This document shows positions 60,191 to 64,000 of a DNA stretch of 64,000 bases, piece after piece. Within the stretch, counting starts at the first letter, position 1, and each line of letters begins with the position of its first letter. A model generated the notes under the pieces. The model was not told the origin of the DNA. It did no database searches and was given only the letters and a program-made list of their open reading frames with translations. The DNA lies in the NCBI RefSeq assembly GCF_009914755.1, contig NC_060930.1. One strand, written 5' to 3'. The stretch is from the human T2T-CHM13v2.0 reference genome, Homo sapiens. A program made the translations under genes and the position numbers.

Positions 60191-61519
60191 AGTCCAAGAT
60201 CAATTTCTAATTTTTCCAGATAGCCATAAGACCCTTTCAATATAAAGATACAAGTGTTTTTTCCTGGAAAGTATTCTTATAGTGTTAAATGTTAATTAGG
60301 ATACATTGCTTTGTTTATCCTTTTCAAAGACTCTATTTTTTGCTAGTCTTCTATTTCAGTTACTTTCTCTCTGGTTCCTTTTACATTTTGTGGCTAACTC
60401 CCATTTCCATTCTGTTGGTTATTTTCTGGCTTTTTTTCAATACCTCTTACTAAATATTTATTTCAATCTGTATTCACTTTGAGCATTTTGTAAGTTTGTC
60501 ATTTCTCAAAAGCTTCTTGCCTTGTTATCTATGTCTTTCTCGAATTCTAACAACTCTCATTTTCTTTCTTTTCTTTTCTTTTTTTTTTTTTGTCCACTTC
60601 TATTCTTAGGCTTTTTATTTCAGACTAATGATTTTTCCATGTTTGTTTTTGTTTTGTTTTTGTTTTTTAACATATCCCCAAATGTGGTTTTGATATACTT
60701 GATTTAGTTCAGAGTGTTAGGGCAGAGATTTCTCCTTTTTTTCATATTTGATTTTAGAGAAGATTTTTTCATCAGGTAAAAAGTTGTAATTTTCTGTTTC
60801 CTTTTGATAGTGGCTTTGAATAGATAAATGTTGCTTGTGTCTATGCATTACATGAATGGGGTTAAAATTTGGGGGTTGATGGAAGGAATTCTAGTTTTGG
60901 GTCCCCTCTTACATGAGTGCAGTTAAATGCAGTTTCCTTAATAAATAGCTTTTGGGGGAGATTGCTAGGGGAAAACTTTGGATTCTTTTGTTTTTCAGAA
61001 TCCTAAATTTTCTCCCCTTTTTCTTTTCCTTTTTCTCATTCAGTCTCTTAATGCCACCTCTGCCTTCATCCAGTCTCTTAACACCTCCTCAAGTTCCATG
61101 TTTTAAGTCCCTTTCTAATATTATTTTAAGCTATGGGATTTAATGCTTCAAATTTTCACTTTGGGGGTGGACTTTTCTTAATGGAGATGATTTTAGCTTT
61201 GTCTTTCTTTACTTTTTCTTTTTTTTTTTTTTTTCTATGCAAAGGCATCCAGCAAGATCTCAAGAGAGAGCTTGTTTGGAAATTGATGTTTACATTTATG
61301 GTTAAAAAAATTCTGTTTTCTAGTAATGATGGAGGCATGGAATTGTATGAACTTTTTTTCCGGTTGATTTGTAGGGTTTTTAGTAAGATGAGTGGAGACT
61401 TTCAAATTTGTGCAGTCACCATTACTTTAGCTACCAATGTTAATTTTTTTTTAATAATTCAGCCACATTCTTAACTGGAGAAGGTATTACTTAGAAGTTG
61501 ATTTGGCTGCCAGCCAGAC

Positions 61520-61980
61520 TAATAGCTTAAATTAGATAGGAGTTTATTTTTTGCCCTTGGAAAAACCTGAAGGTAGGCAGTAAAATGGTGACAACAAGGC
61601 TACTGAAGACTACTACTTGTTGTCACGATTGCGCCCAAGATTTGTCACCTTTATCTGCATATCTATCACTACTGTGTAGTTCCATCCTCAACACTGCCTC
61701 CATGTTACAAGATGCTGATGGTTCAGTCATTACTTTAATGTTTTGAATAGGAAGAGAAAAATGAAAGTAAAATGGGGGCATTGTCTCAGATGGCTTAGCC
61801 ACCTTTTAGAGTACTCTCAAAAGTCTGCCCAATAACTCCTACTTATGTCTAATTAGCCACCACTGCCTACAGGAAAAAGGAAAAATGTATTATTTTAGTT
61901 AAGTGCTCTCCTAACACCATTAATGTTATCGTTCTCTTAATAAGGAAACAGGTAAATGATACCTGGTAGGTACTACAGGA
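61520..61980 (-). mobile_element. Old MLT1 (J/K-like) LTR fragment
   Basis: Degenerate antisense MLT1 motifs (TAGCTTAAATTAGATAGGAGTTTATTTT...GAAGGTAGGCAG...CTGCCCAATAACTCCTACTTATGTCT). Confidence 0.5.
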
Positions 61981-63510
61981 AATAAAAGTCTTTGTTTAGA
62001 TAATATGAGTGGCTTGGTTTTACTCTAGGCCTAATATATTTCTGTTTCTAGGCATACATTACCCTAAGTGATTATGTATTTCAAATGGATATTAGACAAG
62101 ATATATTTGGTTCAGCTAACTCATTTTAAATCTGTACATGCATTAACCATATTTTACACTAATATATGTTAGTTCAACTTTATATAACCTAAAATTATTA
62201 AGTCAGCAAAATATGGAAAATTAAAAAAATCTTATAAATTTGAGCAACTATTTTAGCCAGAGAAGTCAAATCATTGTAAATTTTTCAGCTATGCATGCAT
62301 TTGAATAATCTTTCATGTCAAATAACTATATTTTAAGCCTAATAGCTCTAATAATAGTTTTGTTATATATCTTTCCACTTGAATCATTCAATATTTTACC
62401 ACTGACTAGAAATTTCTGGTTAGCAGTACAACTGTCATTCAGCTTTTAGTTTCAGAGTTCAAATTTTAATTACTTGATTAATACTGAACTTTTACTACCC
62501 TGAAGACCGCAAGGCAGCGAATGGCTAATTTAAACCTAAAGGGAAGTAAAGGGAAAAAGAGGTGAGGCAATAAATATAGAATAGAAAACGGGAGCAGAAG
62601 GCAGAAGGTGACAATTTCCATTCCAGACAACATTCCTAGGCACTGTTCTCTGAGCATGACACATTAGGGAAAAAGGGGGTTCCCCATTCTTTCCCCTTGG
62701 TGGTTGCAATCGTCATTTACCAGTAGTCAAATTACCTCTTCCCAGTTTATTTTTTGGATTCCCAAATCACTGAAGCCATCTTCCAAGCTTCCCGTACCCC
62801 TTTCTTACAAAAACACGTATTCATGCATTCATACAAAAGGAGTATAAAATTTTAGAGGGTTCACACATACTCTCTGGAACTCATCCAGAAGTCTCAAAGT
62901 TGGGAGCCTCTGACTTAAAAGTTGAGTTTGTCTACTAGATAAAAGGGAGGAGGGAGGAGATTATTTCAGGTGGATAAAGTAAATAAGCAATATGTTCAAG
63001 TTGCTTTAATTTTAAGTTGCTGTATTTGGGCACTGCCAATAGTTTTCTATTTATTTCCAAATAACAGGTTTTGTAGGAGAATTATGGGGATAAATGCATG
63101 GATAAAAGGTGTTGAAATACGATGAAATTATGCTGAATTTTGAACTGTATTTATGTATTTATTTTAACAATGGATAGAAATGCTTTTGAATTTCCAGGCT
63201 GTCCTCCTGCAATGGACTTATTTTATTGCCCTACTGTCTGCTATTTTACAATCCTTTCTGTGCCTTATTTCTGCTTATGATTTGGAAGTTCTGTTTTTCT
63301 AACTAATCATTTCCCAGGAGTTAATCATCGGAATGTCCTTTCTTCCTGAACATTCACTCAAAAACTATACTTTCTTATTGAAGACCCATGACACAGCCAC
63401 TGGAGGCCAAGTGCTGAACAAGATGAACCCAATTCTAGCCCTCATGCAGGCTATCTTCCATCAAGAAGATGCAGCCATTAAAGGACTGATTAAATAATTA
63501 GTGTCAGGAC

Positions 63511-63986
63511 AAAATTGAGACCCAAAATTCATACAAACGATCAATGAAACCAAAAGCTGGTTTCTTGATAAGACAAATACGCTCAATAGACCACCAGCTA
63601 CCTTAACATAGAAAGAGAGAAGGACAGGCATGGTGGCTCACGCCTGTTATCCTAGCACCTAGGAGGCTGAGGTGAGTGGATCACAAGGTCAGGAGTTCGA
63701 GACCAGCCTGGCCAACATAGTGAAACCTCATCTCTGCTAAAAATACAAAAAAATTAGCCAGGCGTGGTGGCAAGCACCTATAATCCCAGCTACTCAGGAG
63801 GCTGAGGCAGGAGAATCGCTTGAACCCAGGAGGTGGAGGTTGCAGTGAGCCAAAATCTCACAGTTTTACTCCAGCCTGAGCGACAATGCAAGACTCTGTT
63901 GATACAATGAGAGAAAGAAACAAAGAGAGAGAAGATCCAAATAAGCACAGTCAAAAACAATAAAGGTGACATTACAACCAATCCCA
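63511..63986 (+). mobile_element. L1P ORF2 fragment interrupted by an Alu
   Basis: GATCAATGAAACCAAAAGCTGGTTTCTTGA...[Alu]...GAGAGAAGATCCAAATAAGCAC...AAAGGTGACATTACAACC. Confidence 0.8.
63622..63921 (+). mobile_element. AluS (AluSg-like) with atypical GA-rich tail
   Basis: Full dimer with GGATCACAAGGTCAGGAGTTCGAGACCAGCC. It is flanked by AAAGAGAGAA-like sequence. Confidence 0.93.
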
Positions 63987-64000
63987 ATTCCTAGAAACAC

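Overview
This is AT-rich, CpG-depleted primate (very probably human) intergenic DNA. I found no intact protein-coding gene, RNA gene or CRISPR array. The main features are two minus-strand processed pseudogenes. One is a 5'-truncated R3HDM2 retrocopy (~40.15-43.27 kb) with an Alu in its 3'UTR and a CAG tract. The other is a full-length NPM1 retrocopy (~48.4-50.35 kb) interrupted by two AluY-type insertions. From memory, this adjacent pair fits R3HDM2P2/NPM1P10 in the 6q16.3 gene desert between GRIK2 and HACE1; this needs a BLAT check. The rest is transposon debris: two twin-primed (5'-inverted) L1s, old L1M/L2/MIR fragments, MaLR and ERV1 solo LTRs, Tigger-family MITEs, Alus and microsatellites. 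I see no support for a new multi-gene biological system. The best candidates for something undescribed are an unidentified ~620-bp polyadenylated retro-insertion splitting a MER44A element, a chimeric 'two-and-a-half-arm' Alu inside one TSD, and a templated hairpin-like insertion inside the L1PA. All repeat and parent-gene comparisons come from recalled sequences, not computed alignments. Subfamily calls and the boundaries of old repeats are approximate.
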